Assembly: GCF_001194135.2 (NCBI RefSeq)
Contig: NC_068997.1
Location: 11,598,756-11,662,755, forward strand
Direction of reading: 5' to 3'
Length of the DNA stretch: 64,000 nt
Source: Octopus bimaculoides
Lineage: Eukaryota
Below the pieces are notes generated by a model that worked only from the letters and a program-made list of their open reading frames with translations, searched no databases and was not told the DNA's origin. Positions 11,964 through 25,103 of the stretch are shown piece after piece; the first letter of the stretch is position 1; each line of letters opens with the position of its first letter. The translations under genes and the position numbers were made by a program.

Positions 11964-12920
11964 TTCAAACACCGCTGTCACACATTTCGTTTTGTATTGA
12001 TATATTTCCATGATTCTTAACACTATATGTTTATACGAAATGTTCTGTCTCTTCCTCGTTCTCGCTCTCTATCTTTCTCTCTCCACGGATTCCGAACTCT
12101 CAAAGTTTTTAACCATTTATGCGCGTTAAGTGTGATATATGGAACGGTATTTATATATATATATATNNNNNNNNNNNNNNNNNNNNNNNNNNNNNNNNNN
12201 NNNNNNNNNNNNNNNNNNNNNNNNNNNNNNNNNNNNNNNNNNNNNNNNNNNNNNNNNNNNNNNNNNNNNNNNNNNNNNNNNNNNNNNNNNNNNNNNNNNN
12301 NNNNNNNNNNNNNNNNNNNNNNNNNNNNNNNNNNNNNNNNNNNNNNNNNNNNNNNNNNNNNNNNNNNNNNNNNNNNNNNNNNNNNNNTATATATATATAT
12401 ATATATGAATATATATATACACATATATCTTTGTATATATATTTATATAAACATATATACATATCTAGACATGTATAGCTATGTATGTGTATGTGTTTGT
12501 GTGAATGTGTGTGTATGCGTCTGTGTGCTTGCACATACATATAACATATCCGTTATCTTACTAGCATTCTACACCGGATTTGGTGTATAAATATGTCTTA
12601 TATTTTGTATGATGTGAAGAGAAAAAAAGAACTTAGATGTAACTCTTATTTCACTGGAGCTGGCAATAAAAATATCGAACACGAAATTTATGTATGTTTA
12701 TGAAAGCAAATTTATAACGCTACATACTGAAAACGAAGTACATTTCACAGATAAGAAATGAATCGATAGTCACACAATCTCACAAATAATCACAGGTACA
12801 TTCAGGAATCGCAGTTCATTGTTTGTGATCAGGCTGGGCAAAGGTCAGAATCATAGTCTACCAGTGTCTTTGAAGTTGGTGGTGTCTAAGTGCTGCGTAA
12901 TCAGATTAATTTATTTGTTT

Positions 12921-13050
12921 CGACCCCAGTACGTAACTGGTACTTAGTCTATCGACCTCGAAAGGACGAAAGGCAAAGTCGACCTCGGCGAAATTTGAAC
13001 GTAAAGACAGCATTTCGCCCGGCGTGCTAACGACTCTGCCAGCTCGCCGC
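12921..13050 (-). mobile_element. tRNA-derived SINE, family 1 (internally deleted copy)
   Basis: CGACCCCAGTACGTAACTGGTAC...AAAGGCAAAGTCGACCTCGGCG...CGCCCGGCGTGCTAACGACTCTGCCAGCTCGCCGC. Confidence 0.85.
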
Positions 13051-13067
13051 TAATTCTATACGAAAAT

Positions 13068-13286
13068 GCTTATTTCTTTATTAGCCACAGGGGGGTAAAC
13101 AAGGTCAGACAAAGAGATTAAGTCGATTACATCGATCCCAGTGCATAACTGGTACTTATTTAATCGACCCCGAAAGTATGAAATGAAAAGTCGACCTCGG
13201 AGGAATTTGAACGCAGAACGTAAAGACAGACGAAACACTGCTAAGAATTTCACCCGGCGTGCTAACGTTTCTCCCAGCTCGCCGCC
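13068..13286 (-). mobile_element. tRNA-derived SINE, family 1, full-length monomer flanked by a 14-bp direct repeat
   Basis: Head CCAGCTCGCCGCC ends at 13286; tail TATTTCTTTATTAGCC starts at 13071. TTCTATACGAAAAT occurs at 13054-13067 and 13289-13302. Confidence 0.85.
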
Positions 13287-14379
13287 ATTTCTATACGAAA
13301 ATATTGACGCGTCCTACTATCCGCTACCCATTATAATAGATTTCTCAAGTGAGTTGTAACTTGTTTGTTTTCTATTCATAGACAATAAAGAAATATTAAA
13401 ATTATCATTAATCATCGCCAATATTTTTTTCTTCTTTCAATTTTGTTTCCACTTCTTGCCGAATAGCTTCCCGACACCTAGGTTAAAGAAACTCACTATT
13501 CACATTCAAAATCATGGTATCTGGGAAAAAATAATTCATACGCCTGACCTTCCAGTTAAATTTATTTGCATTTCTTACATGGATGGTAAGTCAAGGGTCG
13601 ATATCACATAATTTTCAGTCCCTTTTTATCATTCCTAGTGTTCCTACTTTCTCTAGTATTGTAGCTGCTTTGAGATACCTTTTTTTGTTTTCGTTTTCAA
13701 TGAGCAAATATTTCTCTTTTCTGAGCTTGTGAAATTTTTACGCTGTGATATTATGATCACAAGGAATATTCATGTCAATCAATAAACAGACATTATTGCC
13801 TTTGTCTTTCACAACAATATTCGGTTTATTAGCTTTGGTCGTTCTGTCTGTATGTATTCGAAGATTCCAAGGAATCACTACATTTTATCCCTTAGTTATA
13901 GCCTCAGTGGAGCTTCGTCACTTGTCAACACTTTTGATTCTATAATGCCGACATATTAAACAGTGTAGATTTTGACTAACTCTGTCCAAAGATTATGCAG
14001 TCCACTCTTTCAATCGCATCATTGCATGCATGAGTGTCTTTACATGCATGGGTATAGTTATATCCATATGTGTGTCCGTGTGTCTATGTGCATGCATATG
14101 TGCGTGCATGCGTATATGAGTGTGCATGGGTGTATATGTGTGTGCATGCGTGTGTCGGCATGTATGTGTGTGCGCGCCTTCCAGTGTATGCGTGCATGAT
14201 GCATATACGTTGGTGGTTTTGATCCATTACTTGTTTAATGCATGTGTTTATAGCTGAGTAGTGAATCAAATTTTTCGTGTTGTGATGAGCATTCTGTCTG
14301 TTGTGTGTATTAATTAGTTCGTGAACGTGCATGTGAAAGGCGGGATCAGTGATAGGGTTGGTAGTGGTGATGGGGATGA

Positions 14380-15500
14380 TTCTATCCATAGTATTGCTGT
14401 AGCTGTTGTTAAGGTGGTGCTAGTGCATTATTGCTCAAAAGAATGTCCTCGTTTTGCTGTTATCTCCCGTCATTTTGTTTCATTTTCTTCATTTCACAAC
14501 ATAGATTTTCACCATTTATGCCCATAATCGCTACCCTTCGCTACACACATCTCGGTGCTTCCAAGCGTTTACTGGTTTAGCTTGTGAGTTATTATTATTA
14601 TTTTGTTTTACCGTTGTCTGGGAGTTTTCATTTACTGTTGTTGATGCTGATCTGATGGGTCTTCAGAGAGGTGATACTTTTGTTGTTATTATTTGAATTC
14701 TTGATATTATTGTTTCGTTGCCGTCGATGCTTCTTCCAGTTCTGTAGCTTTTTCTGCAATCTTTGTTGTTATGGTTGTTGTCTGTTGTTGTAGCTGCTGT
14801 GGATGTTTGGCGTGCGGTTACTCATGTTGTTGGTGCTAATGAAGTAATTGCGTTGGTATTTATTGGGTCCTAAATTTTAGCTGTCATTACCTTTCGTTGC
14901 TGGAAGTTGAAAGCTTTTATGCATTTCTCCAATTGTAGCAGTATTGCCCTCTACCCTTCTCTGCTACCTGCATTTGTTTCCCCCTAGCGATCTCTATAAG
15001 GTTTCGGGTTTTGCCTTGTGTCCCAGGTTTCACGATAATCATAACTACGACTCCAACACCCAATACAAGTTTCTTTTCGGAATCCCTCGTACTAGAGCTT
15101 TCCGAACGACAGATTTTACAACACACACACACAAAAACACATTTCTATGATTTTGTGGGTGTATGATGTTTTTGCTTTGAACATTATCATGGCCTGCCTT
15201 TCTAACGTCCAATTTAATGTCGATTCTAGGTTGCAATTTATTAAGTTACATGCTGCTGCTATCAGTGCGTGTGTACTGGTGAGATATTTCAGCTAAAAGT
15301 TGGGGAACTTGCTTCTTTCTGGTGTTTTCCAGCGTTCAGTAATCTCCGTAATCTCTTTGTTGATGCTGGTGAGCCATGTCCATGGTGCTGTTTCGCTCGT
15401 CCTTTTTTTTACACTATTTATCTATTCAACATATTTTCTTGTGTTCTCCTTGGCTGCTCCATTTTCCTTCTTAGAATGACTGAATTTCTGATATTCTGAT
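14380..15500 (-). pseudogene. Decayed LINE ORF1 (L1/Tx1-like, zinc-knuckle) fragment
   Basis: Translation RNLIEIARGKQMQVAEKGRGQYCYN continues after a frameshift as GEMHKSFQLP, consistent with a broken CX2CX4HX4C knuckle. It is followed by a T/N/Q/K-rich low-complexity tail typical of ORF1. Confidence 0.4.
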
Positions 15501-15593
15501 ATTCTTGAAATATTTTTGTTTATGTTTCTGTAGAATATTTTCTTCCTTATTTTTATTTCTGTATTTTCATGGAAGACTCTTTCGCATCTTCGT

Positions 15594-15604
15594 ATCATCA
15601 TCAC

Positions 15605-15673
<69 letters not shown>

Positions 15674-15690
15674 TACTTTTATTATTATTA
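15594..15690. repeat. (CAT)n followed by (ATT)n running into a gap
   Basis: Directly visible. Confidence 0.97.
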
Positions 15691-16964
15691 NNNNNNNNNN
15701 NNNNNNNNNNNNNNNNNNNNNNNNNNNNNNNNNNNNNNNNNNNNNNNNNNNNNNNNNNNNNNNNNNNNNNNNNNNNNNNNNNNNNNNNNNNNNNNNNNNN
15801 NNNNNNNNNNNNNNNNNNNNNNNNNNNNNNNNNNNNNNNNNNNNNNNNNNNNNNNNNNNNNNNNNNNNNNNNNNNNNNNNNNNNNNNGAATTGTATTTAC
15901 CGCTTATGGCAACAGAAAAGAAAAACAGAAATGAATTTTGAAAAATCATATAATTTGCATATCATTTTCTCAACAAATCTTTACTTGTATAACAATATGA
16001 CTTTTTCGTCTGGGGTAGCATTAAAATATATTGACTGGAAAATTCCAATGTGTTTGAAAATTTTGAAGATATGTGACTTAAATACATATATTCATATGTG
16101 TACATACGTGTGTCGTGCGCGTGTATGTGTTTGTGCATGTGTGTGTGTGCGTATATTTATACATGCGTGTGTGTGTGTAAGCATGTCTATATATGTATAT
16201 CTGTATATATATATATATATCAAGATAGATACCAAGAAGACAGTAAACATTACACTTTAAGCAGCAAAGACAGACAAGTAAACTACATAGAAAATAATAT
16301 TGCACGATAACAATATAGAAATGTACAAAAACGGCAGCCAACAACAATATATCAGAAAAATAACCATTTGCTAAAAGACAGATACACTGTATAAAGTCAA
16401 CTGTCAGGAAATAAAAGTAAAAACAAAAAGACTTTGGGACAGGTATGTCAATATAGATAGTATTTCAGCAAAGAAATGAATAAATAAAAAACATAGATAT
16501 CATGTCTGACAAAAACAACTATAAAATGTAATCACAACACACGTGATTTGTCGAATGACAGACTTTCGGATGCTCTTCACCCGCCGTCCTTCGCTATTGT
16601 ACTTTCAAATAAGTTTTGAGATTTAAGAAGCGATCTAGTATTGATTTGCCTGATACACGGCGTAGTTGATTTAACAGTCGCCTTGAGTTCATGGCTGTAC
16701 GCCTTTGCAGCATTTCATGGCTGTGGAATAGAAGAGTCGTAAGAGCACCAGGTAGAACAGTTTGTGCTATTAGGTAACGCATCTTTATTTATTTTGGGGT
16801 CGATATAATAAAATGCCCATCAACTATTCCCAATTATAATGCTTCTGTTATACCTAAGTTAAGGTGTTCATATATGATGATTTGTTTCTAAATCATTGTA
16901 GCATCGAGGAAATGTGTAACAGAATTTGTTAAAGTACTTTGTTAAAGTACTAAGATGTAATCAA

Positions 16965-17090
16965 GCCTAGGTCCGTGTTGTCATTAAGCATCTGGGAGTC
17001 GATAAAATAAAACACCAGTGGAGTTCTAGAGTTATAACCTCGAGTTACCCCCTCCCTTCAAAACGGCTGGCCTTCTGCTAACTTTTGAGC
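16965..17090 (+). mobile_element. Degenerate SINE family 1 core/tail-B fragment
   Basis: GAGTCGATAAAATAAAACACCAGT...CCCCTCCCTTCAAAACGGCTGGCCTT resembles the second unit of the 1.2 kb copy. Confidence 0.4.
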
Positions 17091-17329
17091 GGAACTTAGT
17101 TTTCTTAATATAATGATCATAATATTATTATGTTATTAACTCTTCTACGTTGACAGTTTGCTGTTCTTCTAGTATTGAATTATTAGATGTGAAGCAGCGT
17201 TCTACAACGTTACGTGTCTTGTGTATTCTCTTACCTTTTACATTACCGAAACACGGAGCTTTTGTTACGCACTCGATATCCAACATTTCAATTTTTTTCA
17301 ATTCCTACTTTTATAATTGTTTTTAATTA

Positions 17330-18780
17330 CAATTTTATAGTAAAGATTCTCTGATGTCTACCTTTCGTTCTCGGTATACTCTCCCGTTCTTTGTCCTGAT
17401 AGCAAAATCTCAGTTTTTAGTAGAGTGAGATATGACCAATGAAAAACACAAGGGGAAATATTTAATCTATTTCAATTTTGCGAAGTTGGAGTTTATTGCT
17501 TCTTTTAGTCATGTTTTTGATGTTTATTCTTGCTAGTTCGTGATGGCTTTTGCAATTTTGCGCATTTGGAGCGTCTTTAGAAGCCATACTATGTAGGCTA
17601 CCATACTATGTGTTTTTCTTCACTAAATCCATGCCATTGTTAGACCAGTTCTCCTACGCACGGGTTTTCTTACGATCATCTCATAGATAAACATTTGTCT
17701 TTCGTTCCCTTTGACTTTTTTCCGGCACTCTTTCCATTCCCTCGAGGTAATTTTCTTACTGAAAGCATGGCTAGATTATATCCGCAAACACATTTGTTAG
17801 AAATTTCCATAATAGTGGTTAAGAATTTATTAGTCTGTAGTTTCATATCACATCACATATATATTTCTTTCTCTTAAAGTTTGGTTTAATGTTAGTCCTT
17901 CAATTTAGAATTAACCTACACACGATTCTTTGAATAAACGAACAAGTCAGTTCTTGATTGAGCAATCAACCTAAACATTTTACAGCCTGCCTGGTTCTGG
18001 TATTTTCGAATTTGATATTATGGGATCTTGTGTGCCATTTGGATTGCTACATTGTTCTGTTGTCTTAGTCGCTTTAATTAATTTTTTACCACTGCTACTT
18101 ACTCTAACAAATGCTAATAAATAATTTTCTGGTCCAATCTACGTCACTAACACACTCAGCTTCGCTCTGCTCTTGATCTCTCATTACTGTGCTTTTCTAC
18201 TCTATATAAGGTTTCGAAAATGTTTTCTCTCATATGCCTGTATTTCATCTGACGTTGATGTCATTCTTTGTATTGATTTGTTTCTTTTATTCCAATCTCT
18301 TTCTTTTCCTACTTTCTTTCTAATGATATAACGACATTTATGAGAGCGCTTTCTCTAAACCAGCGTTCCCGCCGAACACCTCGATGCTAGGCATTTGCCT
18401 CGGCTTACTTGCCGGAGCCTTATATCCTTAGCTTATGTATACATGACACATCCTACTACATTTTCCTATCATATCATTGCTATTTTGACTTTGCATTGCT
18501 ATTTTGATGAATTTGATCCATCTTGGTCACTGCGACCATCCTCCTGTATTCTTAATCTAATTTCGTCTCTATCAAAATCTTCCCTTTTTTTTCCGTGAGA
18601 TGGTTTAATGTTTTCCCTGTTTCTGCGTTAGATTCACTTACACTAACGACCGATACACTTTTGTTTCCTGTTAGGTTTTCTATCTTCTATTTAATTCTTC
18701 CTAATTGTAGATTCCATCCATTATCATTTTAAAGAACTTGCCTGCATTTCTAGTTAATGCTCTATCGCTGAAAGCATGTT
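17330..18780 (-). pseudogene. Decayed Dong/R4-clade LINE reverse-transcriptase region
   Basis: Colinear broken motifs on the - strand: QRMTSTSDEIQAYERK; ISNSKIPEPGRL..LTCSFIQRI (cf. NWKAPGPDG..LTSLHQRI); NYRLINS*PLLWKFLTNVFADII (cf. NYRPITCLPLMWKLLT); WLLKTLQMRKIA; YFPLCFSLVIS (cf. LSPLLFCLAL). The upper boundary is uncertain. Confidence 0.7.
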
Positions 18781-18884
18781 TATTTTGTTAGGAATTGCCA
18801 ACATTCTTCGTTTATAATCTCTATTTCATATAATAGGTGTTTGTCGATGTTAGCGTTGTATCAATATCAGTAACAGCAAGTAAA

Positions 18885-19097
18885 GCATCGAGCTAGCAGA
18901 ATCATCAGCGCACCGGATAAGATGCTTTGAGACAGCTCTTTCGGCATTAGAATCTGAGCTCAAATCCAGCGAAGGTCTATTTTTCCTTCCAGCCGTTCAG
19001 AGTCGAAGAAATATGTACTAGTTGACCACTGGGGTCGATTTAATGCACTAGCACTCCCCCTCAAAATTCCGACTTTGCGCCTATTGTAAGAAGAATT
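18885..19097 (+). mobile_element. Diverged SINE family 1 monomer (head, core, tail B)
   Basis: GAGCTAGCAGAATC head, GAGCTCAAATCC B-box-like motif, GAGTCGA...ATGTACTAGTTGACCACTGGGGTCGAT core, CCCCCTCAAAATT tail. Confidence 0.7.
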
Positions 19098-20231
19098 TTA
19101 GTGGGAGTATTATCAGAGAACTTGATTAATGAAGGAAAAATTTTTGAAATGTTTTATTCGTTTTAATAATTTTCGAAACGCTCATTAAAAGTTTCCATTA
19201 TAATTTATCTACAGTCATATATTCTATGTATAGCGCCATTATAATTAAGAAAACGCATGGCTTGGGAATATTGATCTATAAGACAGACGCATAATAAATG
19301 ACGTCATTTACATTGAGTTCGATGACGATAATGATTTAAATATAGTCAACATGACGGAGATGCCACTAGATAATTTTGGTGGCGAGGGCATATTTGATGT
19401 CATCGATCACAAAGAAATAGACAATTACAACAGGTTTACGAATCTTAATTGATATTACTAATGTCATAAGTATGCCAAAACTTTCTTTGATTAAAAAACA
19501 CGGAAAACTATGTTAAGCAGAATATATTTTGAGTCATACTTTGAGAAAGACTTAATTTTAGCATCGAGAATATGTTTAGTATTCGTGGTATTGCGCAAAG
19601 TTATATCCATTTGGTGCAATATGTTACGGTTTAAGAGCACGAACAAGATTGAAAATCGAGGTTCCTTTATCAGACGTCATATTAAAATAGTATTTATTAC
19701 TTTAATGAACTCTTTCTGTTGGAAATTTACCTTGTGTATAAACTGGTAGTGAGAGAGTATAGGCTCAAATCCCTGGTTGCCACAAGCAAGAGGCTAATGG
19801 TTTCTCGATTAGGCTCATGGATGCCGGACATATTTGGAAGCTTTCTAGTAAAAGCCACTGATTGAATATGCGTTCCTCTGCAGAGTACAAATTATATTTG
19901 AACCGATTTTTTTATATTTCCAGTTAGACGAAAAAGATCTCTTTATGGGGAAGACATACTAATACCAAAAGTTGAATAAATCTATTTAAACAACAGACCA
20001 TTCGTGGCAACTACGTTATGATAAACATGTCTTTACAAAAACATAGACCATCAAGATAATTTCTAGTTTACAAACTATGAATGTAGGCCGTATCTCCCTA
20101 TATTCAGCTATAGTTCCAATATATATTGAAAAACCACCGATTTGTGCATCGACAGCTCCCATACTATGTACTTGCCGCAGGTTTCCCTGTCGTGGAAGTG
20201 AAATGAGTGCAGAGACACCTAACATATATAG

Positions 20232-20516
20232 ACGCAGGTGTGGCTGTGTTGTATGTAGCTTGCGTAACAACCACTTGGGCAACAGTCTTCTACTATAGTC
20301 TCGGGCCGGCCAAAGCCTTGCGAGTGGATTTGGAAGGCGGAAGCTGAAAGAAGCCCGTCGTGTATATATATGTGTGTGCTTGTGTGTGTGTTCGTGTATG
20401 TCTGTGTGTGTCCCCACACCATCGCTTGACAACAGATGCTAGCGTGTTCACCTCACCATAACTTAGCGGTTCGGCTAAAGAAAGCAATGCAATAAGTAAT
20501 AGGCGTAGAAAGAATA
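20232..20516 (+). mobile_element. tRNA-derived SINE, family 2 (internal TG microsatellite; CORE-like by recall)
   Basis: GCAGGTGTGGCTGTG head; CTTGGGCAA..GTCTTCTACTATAG.CTCGGGCCG.CCAAAGCCTTG.GAGTGGATTTGG body; (TG)n; ACTTAGCGGTTCGGC..AAGA tail. Homologous to the 11.2 kb and 37.2 kb copies. Confidence 0.75.
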
Positions 20517-23500
20517 CACAAACGCACACACGCACGATGTATAAATGCATACACACACACACGTCNNNNNNNNNNNNNNNNNNNNNNNNNNNNNNNNNNN
20601 NNNNNNNNNNNNNNNNNNNNNNNNNNNNNNNNNNNNNNNNNNNNNNNNNNNNNNNNNNNNNNNNNNNNNNNNNNNNNNNNNNNNNNNNNNNNNNNNNNNN
20701 NNNNNNNNNNNNNNNNNNNNNNNNNNNNNNNNNNNNNNNNNNNNNNNNNNNNNNNNNNNNNNNNNNNNNNNNNNNNNNNNNNNNNNNNNNNNNNNNNTAT
20801 ATATATATACATATATATATATAGCTTTGTCTGTTATACTGTGTATGTGGAAATGCGTCTGTTTCATTGATTTTGCGTTCGTATTGGTGGAGAAAGACAT
20901 TAATGAGCTTTTTTGGTAGCACTTAAAGATTATACTTTGAAAATCGCATTATTTGCAGAATCCCCAAATAGAAAATTATTTCTCGCTGAAATTATTGTCC
21001 ATAAATACTTGCTTTATTTTCATGGAATCCTATAAGTTATCCATATTATATTCGAAAAATATTATTTTGAATTGTTTACACATTTAAACAGATCAATATC
21101 ACTTCTCTTGTAATTTTCTGTGATGTATTTGGATTTTGTCATTTTTGCCTGTTTCATTTCGTTTTCCTTTTCTTTTTTTTGATAATCTATTCCTCTTCCA
21201 ATTACAATTTCTTGGTTATTTTAATATTTATTCAATATTAATTTCCTCATTTATCATTCTCCTTTAATATTTATTTTACCAAAATTCAGCTTCATGGTCT
21301 CGTTATTATTTTTCCCTGTAATATTATATGACATCACAATATCCCTTCAACAAATATTTCATTTAATATCTATATTTCTATTCTAGATCTACCTAAATGC
21401 CATTGATGCATCTGAGTCACAAGATTGTCCATGCTACAATGCCGAAGATGCTGAATCAATATCAAAAACACCAAGCTGAATAATTTAACAGCTTTCAGGT
21501 ATTTCAAAATATTTCAAATGTAAATTATTTCATCTGAACAATACCCTTCGTGTTATGTCTAACACCTTTTGGATATCTGATATTACAATGCAGCTTTAGT
21601 TCGCTTTAATTGTACTGTAATTTAATTTATATGTAGATAGGTAAGTTATGCCACAAGTAAAATACGAACTACTACCGTTGCAAATTAAATTGATGTTTGT
21701 TACGTTAATTGTATCATAGAGAAAATATTCTTAGCTTGTCTTCAGATCATGAAGATTAGCAAAGCCAGTTTTCCGTCTGTTACATCTAACGCAACGAGTA
21801 TCACTGTACTATAAATGGGTCGTTGTCTGTGTTTTACCTTTGAAAATCCTTTGCTTTTTTTGTTTTTATTTTCATTCTCACTTTTAGGAGGTTAGTTGGT
21901 AAATCATGAGTACTATGGTGATCGGCATGTTTTCGAAATACTTCTTTCGTTTCAGGAAAACTGTAACTTACGATATTAATAAGCTTGTTCAATCGTATAT
22001 TATCCACCTTCTTTCCACCATTTGTGCTACCAACATAAATGCTTGAACCAAACCAGCTTCCTACGCTTGGACTCACCACTAACATATCATACTCACCACT
22101 AACAACACATATTTATATGCGTGTGTGTGTGTGGGGCTGTATGTATGTATGTATGTATGTATGTATGTAGGTAGGTATCTATAGAGACAAAGTGAAATTT
22201 ATAGAAAGACCAAAGACTAAGACATATATATGTGAGTGCGTGTATAATATGATTAAAAATATGGGGGTTTAGTTCCCATGTTATCGAAACGACTAGGTAC
22301 GTTGTGTAAGTGCTGTAGAGATCGGTTGCAACACTCTATAAATCATAACAAGGAAAATGTAAATGAAGAGGAAACATCAACGCGAAAAAATAATTTTCTA
22401 TTTTATGGCATTCCCACTGAAATACAACTCTGATTTTAGAAGTAATGCGAATACTTTAATAGGAGCTGAGAAATACAAAATATACACATCATAATTGCGT
22501 AGACGTGGGCATAAAACACTCACCGGGAAAATCTAAGTATAATGTACCATCAATTAAAAAGTGTAGTTGAGAAACTAAAGCGATTTCAGATCATCACGCA
22601 AGAGTTAATAACAAAGTTGAACTTTAGAGCTTTACTGTTCCAGTCGAACTATAACATATTTGATACACAGCTACGGGAAAATGTAAATAAACATGACCAA
22701 ATTTTGACATAATTGTGTATTCAGTACACGTTTTAAAACTGCTCTTCAAATATATGCGTGCGCGGTTGTGTGTATGCGTGTGTGGACTGTCCGACGATGG
22801 CTTAGCTGGCAGAAACTTCGAAGACACTAAAGATACCATACTTGTTTAAGAATAATAATTACGTTTATCTATGTGTTTGCGTGCGTGTGTATGTGCATAT
22901 ATGTGTGTTTGTATGTAGGTGTGCCTACGAAAGTATACACGTGATTTATATATACATTAATAATCTGGCATGTATGATTTAAGACTATTTTAACCTCAAA
23001 TGTTAATTGCCTCCCGGATAAACTCTGAAAAATGTAATTATTTGTTGCGTTTCTAAAAAGTGATATTGTATTAGAACACTGTGACAATTCTATGCGAAGT
23101 CGATAGCTATAGCTGCAAATATTTTCATTGTCTAGGGAGAACAACTATAGAACACGTTCCTGATTTAACAAATGCAGTTATGCAAATCTTATAATAAGTT
23201 GTTCATATGATGTTATTCAAGGCTAAGTTGAAGTAACTGATGTAGAGAATTTAATGACATCTCTATATTGAAACGTATAGTACAAAGAAGATACAAAAAT
23301 ATTACCTCCTGGAGATATTATGACATTTTATATATGCTTGTGTACAAATGTATGTTACTTATTGAAATTGAGAAATGTACAAATATACCTATCAGAAATG
23401 AGATAACTATGTGAAATAACGAAAGAACCTTTCTCAGTTTTATTTTTCCTTTCGATACAATGACCTGAATTAATAGATCTATGTTAAGAGTGTGATATTC

Positions 23501-24117
23501 CATATTAAGTTTGTTATGTCTTTCTCTCAACAAGATTAAACGATTCGATGGACATCTAACTTAAAATAATTTTAAGAAATTCCCTTGCAATTGAATTAGT
23601 TCGCAGATCAACGTTTACATTGTACTTTACCACATGGTCAACCGATATCGAAAATATGATCATTTGCTTCGCCCACATGGTATACGATATTCTTTTCAGT
23701 AGAATAGGTTGTAGTACGAGATGCAATTGTAAGCAAAATGTATCAGTTCGGCTGATAATTTTCATGTTTCCTTGATGATATTTTAAATATATACATCTTT
23801 TTTTTGTATTCATAAGTGCGAATCGCCTGAGATAACTGAGATTATGCCAGGGATCATAATAGTCCAGATAATATGATCAAATCTAGAATTACTAATGAGT
23901 TTGTATCGTTAAACTCAAACAATTTTCCATATACAAGCAAATCCATTAAACTTAACACGTTAATATTCCAGGCTGGTCCAACAATAGGATATGCAATATT
24001 TCAGATAAATTGGTTCTAAACGTTTAAAAAAAAAACACTACCATTCAATGAGATTCACGTGCATTCATCTTGCTAGCACAGTGTTAAAAAGGAAGAAGGC
24101 ATCTAACGTAAGTGATC

Positions 24118-24265
24118 ATATACATACAGGCATACATACATACATACATACATACATACACACATGCATGCATACATACATACATGCATAAACACATACA
24201 TACATGCATGCACACATACATACATAAACACACACGTATACACACACACATATATATACATATAT
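24118..24265. repeat. (CATA)n/(CA)n degenerate microsatellite
   Basis: Directly visible. Confidence 0.95.
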
Positions 24266-25071
24266 AAGCATATACCTATATATGGGTGGTGTANNNNNNN
24301 NNNNNNNNNNNNNNNNNNNNNNNNNNNNNNNNNNNNNNNNNNNNNNNNNNNNNNNNNNNNNNNNNNNNNNNNNNNNNNNNNNNNNNNNNNNNNNNNNNNN
24401 NNNNNNNNNNNNNNNNNNNNNNNNNNNNNNNNNNNNNNNNNNNNNNNNNNNNNNNNNNNNNNNNNNNNNNNNNNNNNNNNNNNNNNNNNNNNNNNNNNNN
24501 NNNNNNNNNNNNNNNNNNNNNNNNNNNNNNNNNNNNNNNNNNNNNNNNNNNNNNNNNNNNNNNNNNNNNNNNNNNNNNNNNNNNNNNNNNNNNNNNNNNN
24601 NNNNNNNNNNNNNNNNNNNNNNNNNNNNNNNNNNNNNNNNNNNNNNNNNNNNNNNNNNNNNNNNNNNNNNNNNNNNNNNNNNNNNNNNNNNNNNNNNNNN
24701 NNNNNNNNNNNNNNNNNNNNNNNNNNNNNNNNNNNNNNNNNNNNNNNNNNNNNNNNNNNNNNNNNNNNNNNNNNNNNNNNNNNNNNNNNNNNNNNNNNNN
24801 NNNNNNNNNNNNNNNNNNNNNNNNNNNNNNNNNNNNNNNNNNNNNNNNNNNNNNNNNNNNNNNNNNNNNNNNNNNNNNNNNNNNNNNNNNNNNNNNNNNN
24901 NNNNNNNNNNNNNNNNNNNNNNNNNNNNNNNNNNNNNNNNNNNNNNNNNNNNNNNNNNNNNNNNNNNNNNNNNNNNNNNNNNNNNNNNNNNNNNNNNNNN
25001 NNNNNNNNNNNNNNNNNNNNNNNNNNNNNNNNNNNNNNNNNNNNNNNNNNNNNNNNNNNNNNNNNNNNNNN

Positions 25072-25103
<32 letters not shown>

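Noticed and set aside
16594-16782. 62-aa - strand ORF (TTLLFHSHEMLQRRTAMN...) and similar complex blocks at 0.8-1.0, 38.7-39.0, 40.4-40.7, 49.1-49.5 and 57.9-59.1 kb
   Set aside because: Probably transposon debris, but I recognise no family motif with confidence; a translated search is needed.
23237-23277. HHR-like CTGATG-TAGAG...CTCTA-TATT-GAAACGTA
   Set aside because: A9 is missing, there are extra bases before GAAA and no stem I. It would need a 5-nt deletion plus further changes; possible relic but unsupported.
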